A stretch of 64,000 nt of DNA from an uncultured Gammaproteobacteria bacterium (GCA_964637955.1 CAZWXQ010000005.1:18993-82992), one strand, 5' to 3'. Counted from the stretch's first letter, positions 8,582 through 17,320 are shown. The notes: generated from the letters alone by a model not told the origin. Numbers and translations: made by a program.

Positions 8582-9889
8582 ATGAAAAGCTTGGAAATTA
8601 GAGGCGGTGAAGAAGTAACTGGTTCACAATTTTTACTTACTGGAAATAATCGCAGCAAATTTCTTATAGACTGTGGATTAAGTCAAAAAAATGATAAAAA
8701 TCCCGGAAACACTGACTTAGACCCCACAAATTTAAAAGGAGTTTTTATTACGCATGCTCATATTGATCATGTAGGATTGGTTCAGCAACTTGTTAGATTT
8801 CCAGAAGTGCCTATTTATATGACTCCAGCTACTCTTTCAATTGCTAATATATCATTGAGAAATTCAGAAAAAATTTCACCATCACTTTTTCCTCCAGGAA
8901 GTATCGACAAAATTATGAAAAGAACTACGACTGTTCCATATGGCAGGAGATTTGAAGTAGATGGAGCAAAAGCTATATTTAGAAATGCTGGTCATATTCT
9001 GGGTTCTGCAAGCCTTGAACTTAGTGAAGGAGGAGACATTGTTGCATTTAGTGGAGATATTGGTGATTCACCGTCTCGAACAGTAAAGCCAGCAGAATAT
9101 ATAAAAGAAGCAGATATCATAGTAATGGAAGCTACTTATGGAGGAATTGAAAGACAAGAACATAACTCTACCGAGGACATAAGAGAGGCGATAAGACTTG
9201 CAAGAAAAAATAAAGGAGATCTGCTAGTACCTGTTTTTGCAATCGACAGAGCTCAATCATTCTTAAGTGAGTTACGAAAATTAAGCGAAGAGGGTTTTTT
9301 AAAAACTATGGGTATGGATGTATTCTTTTCCAGCCCAATGGCATCTGATGTTACCCGTATTTACAATGGAAACAGAGATTTATTAAATGAAAAATTAGCT
9401 AAAATTATTCGTCCTTTTGCCTTTCCAGAACTTAGGGAAACATATACGCATGCTGAAGATTTGATGATTGAAAAACAAAAAGATCCAAAAATTATAGTTG
9501 CTGGATCTGGAATGATGGCTGGAGGAAGAATTATCGAGCACGCAAAAAGATGTCTTCCTGATGAAAGAAATGTCATGTTATTTACCGGATTTCAAGCACC
9601 TGGAACAACAGGTGAAAAAATATTACGTGGAGATAAGACAGTTAAGCTGGATGGCGAAGATATTGAGGTTAAAGCTCAAATTCTATTTACATCTCTAAGC
9701 GCCCATGCAGATCAAAATGGTTTACTTTCCTGGCTGGAATATCCTCATCTAGGACAAAGGCCAGTAAGAAATACTATAGTGGTTCACGGGGAAACCGTAA
9801 AGAGACACGCTTTTGCCAATTCAGTAAAGGAGAGATTCGGATTAACGACAACAGTTCCAGATTCTGGAGATATAATTTCATTTAGTTAA
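8582..9889 (+). CDS. metallo-beta-lactamase fold hydrolase of the beta-CASP (RNase J / CPSF-like RNA-metabolising) family
   Basis: HAHIDHVG motif 2, downstream D and H motifs, C-terminal ...SAHADQNGLLSWL... and VVHGE beta-CASP motif C. Confidence 0.65.
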   Translation: MKSLEIRGGEEVTGSQFLLTGNNRSKFLIDCGLSQKNDKNPGNTDLDPTNLKGVFITHAHIDHVGLVQQLVRFPEVPIYMTPATLSIANISLRNSEKISPSLFPPGSIDKIMKRTTTVPYGRRFEVDGAKAIFRNAGHILGSASLELSEGGDIVAFSGDIGDSPSRTVKPAEYIKEADIIVMEATYGGIERQEHNSTEDIREAIRLARKNKGDLLVPVFAIDRAQSFLSELRKLSEEGFLKTMGMDVFFSSPMASDVTRIYNGNRDLLNEKLAKIIRPFAFPELRETYTHAEDLMIEKQKDPKIIVAGSGMMAGGRIIEHAKRCLPDERNVMLFTGFQAPGTTGEKILRGDKTVKLDGEDIEVKAQILFTSLSAHADQNGLLSWLEYPHLGQRPVRNTIVVHGETVKRHAFANSVKERFGLTTTVPDSGDIISFS

Positions 9890-9895
9890 GTAGAT

Positions 9896-9903
9896 GTATA
9901 ATC
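9896..9903 (+). promoter_or_regulatory. extended -10 element TGTATAAT immediately after stop of 8582..9889, start of a about 170-nt structured leader
   Basis: gtagatgtataatc. Confidence 0.3.
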
Positions 9904-9921
9904 TTATTAACAGAGTTCCTA

Positions 9922-10072
9922 CTTAGATTTCGATCTAAGTGTAAGTAACTTTAAATCTCTCCCGCTTAGCGGAATAGTAAAGAGATTAAAGACCCAAGAG
10001 CTTTCGGCTTTGGGATAACTAACTCTAAATCTCTTCCTCTGAAGAGGAATCGATAAGAGATTAGTAAGGAGG
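9922..10072 (+). promoter_or_regulatory. structured 5' leader: hairpin H1 (CUUAGAU-uucg-AUCUAAG), element A' (9949..9987), GC hairpin (9993..10014), element A (10016..10062), then SD AAGGAGG; candidate cis-regulatory RNA / riboswitch-like tandem
   Basis: Element core: UAAC(U)AACU(C/U)UAAAUCUCU - variable hairpin - AUCGAUA/AAUAGUA - AGAGAUU; outer stem AAUCUCU/AGAGAUU; second copy at 46887..46965. Confidence 0.45.
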
Positions 10073-10080
10073 TGAAAAAT

Positions 10081-10497
10081 ATGGCAAAATTAAATCCTTA
10101 TATGCATTTTAAAGATAATGCAAAAGAAGCTATGGAATTTTATAAATCTGTCTTAGGTGGAGAACTCACGATGACTACTTTTAGAGAAGGTATGCATGAT
10201 CAAAGCCCTACAGCTGACAATATAATGCATGCACAGCTAACTGTTGGCCCAGAAATGACGCTTATGGCTTCAGATACGCCTCCTGAAATGCAAGCAAATC
10301 CAGGTGCAAGCGTAACTATTTCTCTTAGCGGAGAGGAAAGTGATGAAGAAAAGCTAAAGGGATATTGGGAAGGTCTTTCAGAAGGTGGAACCGTAAATTA
10401 TCCTTTAGAAAAAGCTCCATGGGGAGATACATTTGGAATGCTTACCGATAAATTCGGAATGGAATGGATGGTAAACATCGCTGGTCCAAAGCAATAA
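10081..10497 (+). CDS. VOC-superfamily protein, PhnB/YjdN-like (glyoxalase/bleomycin-resistance fold)
   Basis: LNPYMHFKDNAKEAMEFYKSVLGGEL ... GMEWMVNI pattern of PhnB-like family; ATG 10081 is 8 nt after AAGGAGG (ORF-track start 10072 is a GTG inside the SD). Confidence 0.6.
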   Translation: MAKLNPYMHFKDNAKEAMEFYKSVLGGELTMTTFREGMHDQSPTADNIMHAQLTVGPEMTLMASDTPPEMQANPGASVTISLSGEESDEEKLKGYWEGLSEGGTVNYPLEKAPWGDTFGMLTDKFGMEWMVNIAGPKQ

Positions 10498-10519
10498 TTC
10501 ATTCGACCTAAAATCTCTT

Positions 10520-10546
10520 AAAAGCTCACGAAAGTGAGCTTTTTTG
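10520..10546 (+). terminator. rho-independent terminator
   Basis: aaagctcac-gaaa-gtgagcttttttg. Confidence 0.6.
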
Positions 10547-10601
10547 ATGAACTTAATTTGTAAATAAATATTAAGCGTGCTCCTTATGTTAAAATTCTAT
10601 T

Positions 10602-11009
10602 ATGCAAAGCACAGAAAATTTAACTAAAAAACAGCTTGCCGTACTTGAGGCTGCAAAAAAACATATTAAGGATACTTATAAGGAAGGCGTAACAAGCATG
10701 GTTACGATTCTAGCCACTAAATCTGGCATGCAATATACAGGTGCAAATGTTAAGTATAAAAAAATTTGGAAGTGTATTTGCTCAGAAAGAGTTGCAATTG
10801 CAAAAGCTATGGAAGCGAATGATAGTGAATTCGATACTATTACTACAATTAAATATTTTCCAGAAACTGATTCTTTTGAAGTAATAAACATGTGCGGTGA
10901 ATGTAGGCAAATCGCCATATGTCACAAACCTCTTACTGTTATCGCAGATGATGAAGGCAAGTTAAAAGCATTATCCATTGAAGATCTATTGCCATTCCCT
11001 TATTCATAA
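10602..11009 (+). CDS. cdd: cytidine deaminase-fold protein (small tetrameric CDA / blasticidin-S-deaminase-like)
   Basis: Zinc-ligand motifs CSERVAI (C/H-A/S-E) and MCGECRQ (PCxxCRQ); 135 aa. Confidence 0.6.
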   Translation: MQSTENLTKKQLAVLEAAKKHIKDTYKEGVTSMVTILATKSGMQYTGANVKYKKIWKCICSERVAIAKAMEANDSEFDTITTIKYFPETDSFEVINMCGECRQIAICHKPLTVIADDEGKLKALSIEDLLPFPYS

Positions 11010-11061
11010 GGCCATAAGACCTATAGTGCAATTTATGAAATCATGATGTATAATTCACTTT

Positions 11062-13212
11062 ATGAGTCCGGAAATAGCACTAGATATTGATAGATCAACT
11101 GAACTAAATCAAGTTCGTGATCTTGTAAATAAAAAGCTAACGGATGCTCTTGTACCACCTGAAAAACTTCTAAATGGTGATATAAGATTTCAATCAGTTC
11201 TTTACATGAGCTATTGGCACCAAAGACTTCACAATAATACACTAGAACAAAATAGAATTAAGACTCATTTGGAAGAATATTTGGGAACTGCAGTTCCTGA
11301 TTCAACTATAGCTGCAGGAAATTTGTTGTCTAGCCCTGATCTTTCAGAAGCATCCAAGTCGTTTGTTGAAACACTTATGACTCCAACCAAAACTGTGGAT
11401 CTAGTGATTACAAGACAAAGTCCAGATAATGAAAATGAAACGGAAGTATTAAGTCTTGAAAGAGGATATTATCCTTTTGGCTCTGCGCTTCCTGGAGGAA
11501 TAATAAAAGATAGCGATGAAAGTAATGATTTAGATATCCCTCAAAATGTTTTCGCTGCACTAAGGGTTGCTGGAGATAAAGTACTAGGCCTAGGTGATGA
11601 AGCACAGTACTCAATTAGAACAAATGAAAGTGGCAAAACTTATTATGAAGTCTATTCTGAAAACGATTCTGCATCAGTAAGAATTCATCCTGAAGACGAA
11701 GGTGGTTATACATACAGAGAAAATATTAAATCTACTATACGTCCTGCTGACCCAAGACACATAGTGGACACAGTAGCATTTCGATCTGAGCTAATAGGAG
11801 AGCCTAAGACTAATCTTAAGTGGATAAAGAAGTCTGAGATCATGTCAGTAAATGAAACTACTGGCGGATTTGCGTTTGGACACCATAGAGAAATTGTTGC
11901 TCATATCACAAGTCAATCGTCGGTCGAAAAAGAAAGAGAAATGAGCGAACGTGAATTTGTAAGATCAATCATAAATAATCCTCTCGATGCATATAAAGCT
12001 CTTAAAGAAAGATTTGATAAAGATGGTGGAAGCTCCGAAACTTCTTTTCCTGAACTATTTCCTGCTGTAGATAAAATACTTTTAGATTTATTCAAGCATG
12101 AAATCAATCAAATGTGTGAAGATATTCCTCTTCTTGCAGGAATTAGAGACAAAGCAGTAATTTCACTTAGACAAGTCTCTCTTAAAAATAGAACTTTTAT
12201 GCCATATCTACCTACACTTTTAGCTATCACTGAAGGAATTACTTTTTTTGATGTAGTTTCTAGACAAAAAAAAGGATTTTACGATGAAATGCCAAAAGAT
12301 AGAATAGTCGAACATAATCCAGCCGAAACTCAGTATGCTCAGTACCATATGTATAGATACAAATACAGATTTAATGAAATGCTAAGTATGCTTCCAGGAG
12401 AAATTGTAATTCCTACATTCGAACCTCTGTCTGCAACAGATTTGATGAAAGTCAGAGGAGTTCCGGTAAGATTTGTCGGACTTGAGGAAGATTTTGTTTA
12501 TGTTGATGAATTCGAGCAATCTCCCGAAGAATTCTTAATGCATGATGTCAATCATTCCTGGAGAATGATCATGGAAGACAGAAAATATATGGAGGAGAGC
12601 GGAATGAGTAGAGACCAATTTGTTGAAGAGTCAACAAGATTCTCCAAGGTATATTTAGATCATATAAAGATACTAAAGTCAGATACCGAAGAAGAAAGAG
12701 AAATTAAAAAATTAAAGAAGATAATCTTATTCGAAGTAGTACATGAAGATGCACGACCATTTTTGCGAGACGTAATCACTAGATTTATACAAATGCAGGA
12801 AGGTAAACCGGTTCCATTTGAAGTTCCAAGAATCGACAAGGAAACTGGTTACATGGATGTTGTTGATACTTTAGATACTGGAATAAGTACTCTTTCTTAT
12901 GTCAGAAATAAACTTCAACATGGATTTTATGATCATATTGATGCTCAGCTCCCTCAAATAGTTGATCCAAAATACAGAACTGCGGCATGGATTTCATGGG
13001 CAGCGTATGAAATGCTTGTTGAATTAGGAGCTGACCCTGTGCAAGAAGCAGAGTTAGATGCACATGGAAATGTTTCATTTGAGTGGCTCATGAAAAGAAC
13101 ATGTGCAGTCGGACCAGACAATATTCATGATGAAATATCAGAAGATCCTGACTTAGCAGTTTATGGCGATGGAGCAGATAAACTAAACCCTAAAAGATAT
13201 CAGGCAACTTGA
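11062..13212 (+). CDS. large hypothetical protein (716 aa), no recognisable domain
   Basis: Uninterrupted ORF, acidic, no motif recognised. Confidence 0.45.
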   Translation: MSPEIALDIDRSTELNQVRDLVNKKLTDALVPPEKLLNGDIRFQSVLYMSYWHQRLHNNTLEQNRIKTHLEEYLGTAVPDSTIAAGNLLSSPDLSEASKSFVETLMTPTKTVDLVITRQSPDNENETEVLSLERGYYPFGSALPGGIIKDSDESNDLDIPQNVFAALRVAGDKVLGLGDEAQYSIRTNESGKTYYEVYSENDSASVRIHPEDEGGYTYRENIKSTIRPADPRHIVDTVAFRSELIGEPKTNLKWIKKSEIMSVNETTGGFAFGHHREIVAHITSQSSVEKEREMSEREFVRSIINNPLDAYKALKERFDKDGGSSETSFPELFPAVDKILLDLFKHEINQMCEDIPLLAGIRDKAVISLRQVSLKNRTFMPYLPTLLAITEGITFFDVVSRQKKGFYDEMPKDRIVEHNPAETQYAQYHMYRYKYRFNEMLSMLPGEIVIPTFEPLSATDLMKVRGVPVRFVGLEEDFVYVDEFEQSPEEFLMHDVNHSWRMIMEDRKYMEESGMSRDQFVEESTRFSKVYLDHIKILKSDTEEEREIKKLKKIILFEVVHEDARPFLRDVITRFIQMQEGKPVPFEVPRIDKETGYMDVVDTLDTGISTLSYVRNKLQHGFYDHIDAQLPQIVDPKYRTAAWISWAAYEMLVELGADPVQEAELDAHGNVSFEWLMKRTCAVGPDNIHDEISEDPDLAVYGDGADKLNPKRYQAT

Positions 13213-13219
13213 TCGAGTA

Positions 13220-13930
13220 TTAGAGCTTTAATCCCTTCTCCCATTGCTTCTGGAATTGATCATACATCATTTGACCAAACGGCTCGTATTCAAATCTTAT
13301 TCCCATACTTTTTATATAATTCTTGGGATCATATGACATTATATAAACAATTTTTTTATCGAAAATTACAATTCTTGAATTAAGCGTTTCCGAGATACGA
13401 ATTTCTTCTCCCATCTTTGTTCTAACTTTTATAAATTCCTCATTATTTTCGTTTCTTTTTTGGAAAAGAGTTCTTATCTTAACTCCTCTGTCTAGAGCAT
13501 TTTTTTGGGCTAACATTATTTCAGCAGGGAGCTCATCTCCAGAGGCAAGATTATTCATTTCATATTTTAAATTATTAATATCAGAAATCGCTTTCTCAAA
13601 CATATCCTCCCGGCTTTCGATAAAACTGATTATTGGCATATTACTTTGATTATTCGAATTATTACTTAGAAAAGTTTTCAAAAACCACTCTTTTTGAATT
13701 AGGCTAAAAGTTTCTACTGAATCAGTGGGAGAAATTGCATGGAAAATAGTTGGCCTACTACCAGACTGAATTAAACAACCTAAAACTAATAATTGCTTTG
13801 TAAGTCTGTAAACAGCATTAGGAAAGATATTTAACTTTTTTCCAATTTCTTCTGCACTAAGCGGGCCTTCTTTAAGGAGTAAAGAATAAATTTCTCTTGT
13901 TTGCTTTGAAAGAGGTGGTTTTGTTTTCAC
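13220..13930 (-). CDS. TrmB-family winged-helix transcriptional regulator with C-terminal effector domain
   Basis: N-terminal REIYSLLLKEGPLSAEEIGKKLNIFPNAVYRLTKQLLVLGCL wHTH typical of TrmB family. Confidence 0.55.
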   Translation of the reverse strand: MKTKPPLSKQTREIYSLLLKEGPLSAEEIGKKLNIFPNAVYRLTKQLLVLGCLIQSGSRPTIFHAISPTDSVETFSLIQKEWFLKTFLSNNSNNQSNMPIISFIESREDMFEKAISDINNLKYEMNNLASGDELPAEIMLAQKNALDRGVKIRTLFQKRNENNEEFIKVRTKMGEEIRISETLNSRIVIFDKKIVYIMSYDPKNYIKSMGIRFEYEPFGQMMYDQFQKQWEKGLKL

Positions 13931-13938
13931 GGCAACAT

Positions 13939-13958
13939 TTTAACAATTTTTTGTTAAA
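13939..13958. promoter_or_regulatory. perfect inverted repeat TTTAACAA-tttt-TTGTTAAA in divergent intergenic region; candidate operator for the TrmB-like regulator
   Basis: tttaacaattttttgttaaa between 13930 (- gene start) and 13992 (+ gene start). Confidence 0.35.
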
Positions 13959-13991
13959 TAAGCAATATCACTTACAATTTGCTTCGAGAAT

Positions 13992-15374
13992 ATGACAAAG
14001 CAATTACAAAGCAATGCATCAGAATTTTTATTTGCAAGAAAAAAACTTAAATCTCCTGCAATAATTAATTTACTGTTATCTACTTCATTTGGGCTAAATG
14101 CCATATTTTATGCTGCATGGCTAGGCTATTCAATTGGAATTTGGGCACTTTTGATTCAATTAGCATGGTCTATTAGTTTTTTTCTTTTAATTCCTAAATC
14201 AAAATATTTTAGTAAAGTTAATAGCTTGCATGATTTATTGGGTCAAAAATTTGATAATAAAACAAAATTAATAGCTTCAATTTGTAGTCTAATCGGACTA
14301 AATTACTTAATAGCTTGGGAAGTAAGCATAGATAAATCAGTAATAGCACCACTGCTTCCAAATACTTCATTACCTCCAGAGATCTTTGCAGGAATGATAA
14401 TTGGATTCTTTGTAATAGTTGCCATATTTTATACTATTAATTTTGGCATAAAAGGCAATGCAAATGCAGATAAATTCTTAAACGCGTTAAAAATGGTTAT
14501 CTTCATAGCTATTTGTTCAATTGCAATTTATGAATTTCTTAAATTACCACGAGAAATGATTATCTCATCGGTGTTTCCGCCAATTAGTAAGATCGTGATA
14601 AATCTAGGAATCATCGGATTTATGACAAATATCTTATTTAACTTAAGTTGGCAATTCGTAGACAATTCTTCATGGCAAAGTATCATAAGCGGATCGAAAT
14701 CAAAATCAAACGCTAGCGCAATAAACTTAAAGCAAAGTGGAATAATTATATTTTTTACAGTAAATTTATTTGCTACAATTCTTGGAATTACACTCGCACA
14801 TTTCAGTAATTTAACTCCTGACAGTTTATTCTCAGCAACTGCTGGAATCATACCTCAATTTGAAAGTATAGTTTCGCTAGGAATAATCATGCTCAGCATT
14901 GCCTCAATGATGTCACTTGCGGATGGAATGATTTTAACTTCAGCGCTTACCATAAATGTAGATCTTTTTAAGTATTTTAAATTTGCTAAAAATTACGACG
15001 AAAAGATAAAAATGAAATTTATAAAAATATCAGTAGTTATTTTTGGATTAATAAGCGTTTGGGGAATTAGCTTCATATTTAACATTCTCAATATTAATTT
15101 ATTTGAATTTATTTACATAATAATTATTACTCAACTTGCTTTAATTGGACCTGTTATTTTTGCTCTATATTCAAAAGATTCGAAAGGGGCGAATATGTGG
15201 AAAGCAATTATAATCGCCTTATTTGTAGGATTTGGGTCTGTACTAGTAGGAACAGTTTCTGAAAATAAAGTATTTATAGATGCTGCTGGAACAGTTACTA
15301 TTTTTAGTTCAGTATTTACCGCTTGGGTTATTGTAAAACTGAAATGTTTTAATTTAAAACTTAATCTAAGGTAG
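13992..15374 (+). CDS. polytopic membrane protein, probable secondary transporter (11-12 TM)
   Basis: 460 aa highly hydrophobic with regularly spaced TM helices; family not assignable from sequence alone. Confidence 0.45.
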   Translation: MTKQLQSNASEFLFARKKLKSPAIINLLLSTSFGLNAIFYAAWLGYSIGIWALLIQLAWSISFFLLIPKSKYFSKVNSLHDLLGQKFDNKTKLIASICSLIGLNYLIAWEVSIDKSVIAPLLPNTSLPPEIFAGMIIGFFVIVAIFYTINFGIKGNANADKFLNALKMVIFIAICSIAIYEFLKLPREMIISSVFPPISKIVINLGIIGFMTNILFNLSWQFVDNSSWQSIISGSKSKSNASAINLKQSGIIIFFTVNLFATILGITLAHFSNLTPDSLFSATAGIIPQFESIVSLGIIMLSIASMMSLADGMILTSALTINVDLFKYFKFAKNYDEKIKMKFIKISVVIFGLISVWGISFIFNILNINLFEFIYIIIITQLALIGPVIFALYSKDSKGANMWKAIIIALFVGFGSVLVGTVSENKVFIDAAGTVTIFSSVFTAWVIVKLKCFNLKLNLR

Positions 15375-15875
15375 CTGCTCAGGCTCTACTATTTTTGCAG
15401 AGGAAGCTATGACTTGAACTGGAATATGTTCGTAATTCATCCTTCCATCTTCCAACACAGTTAAAACATTTGAACCTTCTGGATAATCCATTGTAAATTT
15501 CACTCCACCTTCTACATAATCCACTCTTGATAAATCATGCATATCAATACCCATAGTTAACATTCTTCTGGATGAGTAATGAAGTGATGTTTTAGCAGGC
15601 AAACGGTCGTTTGCTTTTCTAACTTGAATATTAAATCTACCTGTTAAAGTATCTATAGCATAATCACTGAAAATATGACGATTAGTACCATATTGCTCCG
15701 TCTCAGCAACTCCATTAAGCGCTGTTGCGATCTTTAATACGTCGTCTTTAACCAACTCTAAATCATTTAAAGGAGGAAAAGCTTCATCAAAATTAACTAC
15801 TCCAAGATCTACTATTACGACATTGGCTGGGTCAGTTGGTTTTCCATCTGAAACTGGTTCTAGTTCTGAAGTCAT
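15366..15875 (-). CDS. hypothetical protein (169 aa)
   Basis: Long ORF, GC-elevated, no motif recognised. Confidence 0.35.
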   Translation of the reverse strand: MTSELEPVSDGKPTDPANVVIVDLGVVNFDEAFPPLNDLELVKDDVLKIATALNGVAETEQYGTNRHIFSDYAIDTLTGRFNIQVRKANDRLPAKTSLHYSSRRMLTMGIDMHDLSRVDYVEGGVKFTMDYPEGSNVLTVLEDGRMNYEHIPVQVIASSAKIVEPEQLP

Positions 15876-15986
15876 GGCTGGAATTATAACCTATGCAAAA
15901 CTAATTTTCAATTTAATGTTGAGCCCGTACTTTTGAAATAATTACATAAACTTATTTGCTCAGTTGTAGTATAATGCACAGCAAAT

Positions 15987-17039
15987 ATGCCTAGAGAAGA
16001 AAAATTAACGCCAGAACCTGGCTTACTAGAGAAATTATCACCACTTCGTGCTGAAATTAGCGCGTTATCAGATAATCCTCAAGCTCAATCTGAATTAGTA
16101 CAAACTTGGTTTTTAGAGCATCCAGAAAATCTAGCTAGAGATGTGGAAGATTTAACTATGATCTGCGTTCTAGAATATGACGAAAGAAAACTTCTTACAG
16201 ATCCTATTCTTGGAAACTGGTTAATGGGACAAATTGATAAGCTTACTCCAGAATCACCTACACAAGCAGAAGCATTAGCTAAAACGAAAGAAATATTTGG
16301 TCTTTTAAGATTTCATGATTCTCGATTTGGAAATGAAACAGGTAACAAAATTGCTGAAAATAATCTTTATGATGAGCTCAATGCATTACTTATTTCCGAT
16401 CCCGATACAGTTAAATATACAGTTGGCGAAGTAAGAAAAATAATGATGAATGCTCAAGATGGAGTTATGGAGCATGTACTAAGTGGCCGCTACAAAACCG
16501 GCCTAGAACATGGAATATTAGGACCTATGGATATTTTTTGGTATGGAACTACGTTAAATTTTGAAATAGAATCCCAATTTCATGAAGTAGAGCCAATGGA
16601 CGCCAGAATTTTGGTTTTAGACGACAAGGACGCTGAAGACTGGTATAAAAGACTCGTTGCTGCCGGCTTTAAGGATGATCCAGATCAACAAGGACATTTT
16701 ACTGATCCGTCCTTAGCATTAGTAGCTCTTTTAAATGGAAATTATGATGTTATTTTATCTGATTTAGATTTAGGGGAAGGACAAATGTCTGGAATAGACT
16801 TCGCTAGAATTGCATCTGCAATTCAGCGAGCAAAAGGTATTAAAGATCCTCTAATTTCAGTTTTTTCTTATGATCAGGCTCTTTTAGAAGAAGCCAATAG
16901 AACAATTGGTAGATATAGCGACAATCCTGTCTTATTCCAGCAAGTTAACGGTGGAAATAATAATAAAGTGGGTTTTACAGGATATGAATTTGGAAGAGAT
17001 GTTCGGACTGAACTATACGTCAGAGAAAATTTCCATTGA
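15987..17039 (+). CDS. orphan response-regulator receiver (REC) domain protein with novel about 190-aa N-terminal domain
   Basis: C-terminal RILVLDDKDAEDW ... YDVILSDLDLGEGQMSGIDFARIASAI matches REC fold (acidic pair, phospho-acceptor D, conserved G-D/SG). Confidence 0.5.
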   Translation: MPREEKLTPEPGLLEKLSPLRAEISALSDNPQAQSELVQTWFLEHPENLARDVEDLTMICVLEYDERKLLTDPILGNWLMGQIDKLTPESPTQAEALAKTKEIFGLLRFHDSRFGNETGNKIAENNLYDELNALLISDPDTVKYTVGEVRKIMMNAQDGVMEHVLSGRYKTGLEHGILGPMDIFWYGTTLNFEIESQFHEVEPMDARILVLDDKDAEDWYKRLVAAGFKDDPDQQGHFTDPSLALVALLNGNYDVILSDLDLGEGQMSGIDFARIASAIQRAKGIKDPLISVFSYDQALLEEANRTIGRYSDNPVLFQQVNGGNNNKVGFTGYEFGRDVRTELYVRENFH

Positions 17040-17051
17040 GCCGCCAGTACT

Positions 17052-17070
17052 TGCGACAGGAAATGTCGCA
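17052..17070 (+). other. perfect 7-bp stem hairpin directly after stop codon
   Basis: tgcgaca-ggaaa-tgtcgca. Confidence 0.3.
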
Positions 17071-17129
17071 GTATTTCGCATTGCGATGCTCAAGATTCAG
17101 GAAGCTCTAGCGAGGTCATCTACGAAAAA

Positions 17130-17152
17130 CCCAGACATAAGTCTGGGATTTT
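17130..17152. terminator. bidirectional rho-independent terminator between convergent REC gene and tRNA-Lys
   Basis: cccagac-ataa-gtctggg-atttt. Confidence 0.5.
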
Positions 17153-17157
17153 CATAG

Positions 17158-17229
17158 TGAGCCGCCAGAGATTCGAACTCTGAACCGATTCCTTAAGAGG
17201 GAATTGCTCTACCATTGAGCTAGCGGCCC
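17158..17229 (-). tRNA. tRNA-Lys (anticodon CUU), CCA not encoded
   Basis: Reverse complement folds as GGGCCGC-UA-GCUC-AAUGGUA-GAGC-A-AUUCC-CUCUUAA-GGAAU-CGGUU-CAGAG-UUCGAAU-CUCUG-GCGGCUC-A; 72 nt. Confidence 0.85.
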
Positions 17230-17278
17230 GCACATGTAATTTTACCAAAACTACAAGCTGGAATCCACTACGCATTAA

Positions 17279-17307
17279 TTGACTCTCAAGCTTAAGTAAG
17301 TTATACT
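17279..17307 (+). promoter_or_regulatory. candidate promoter TTGACT-N17-TATACT
   Basis: ttgactctcaagcttaagtaagttatact, 14 nt upstream of ATG 17321, no SD. Confidence 0.35.
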
Positions 17308-17320
17308 ACAGGTTTAAATT

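Noticed and set aside
9922-10072. Possibility that the tandem 45-nt repeats upstream of 10081 are a CRISPR array
   Set aside because: Only two units, with variable repeat length and internal sequence. Conserved flanks abut an SD and start codon, a third copy sits at another gene start, and there are no cas genes. Interpreted as leader RNA elements.
16906-17157. ORF 16906..17157 (+)
   Set aside because: It overlaps the 3' end of the REC-domain gene out of frame, runs through two terminator-like hairpins and ends at the tRNA-Lys boundary. No coding signal.
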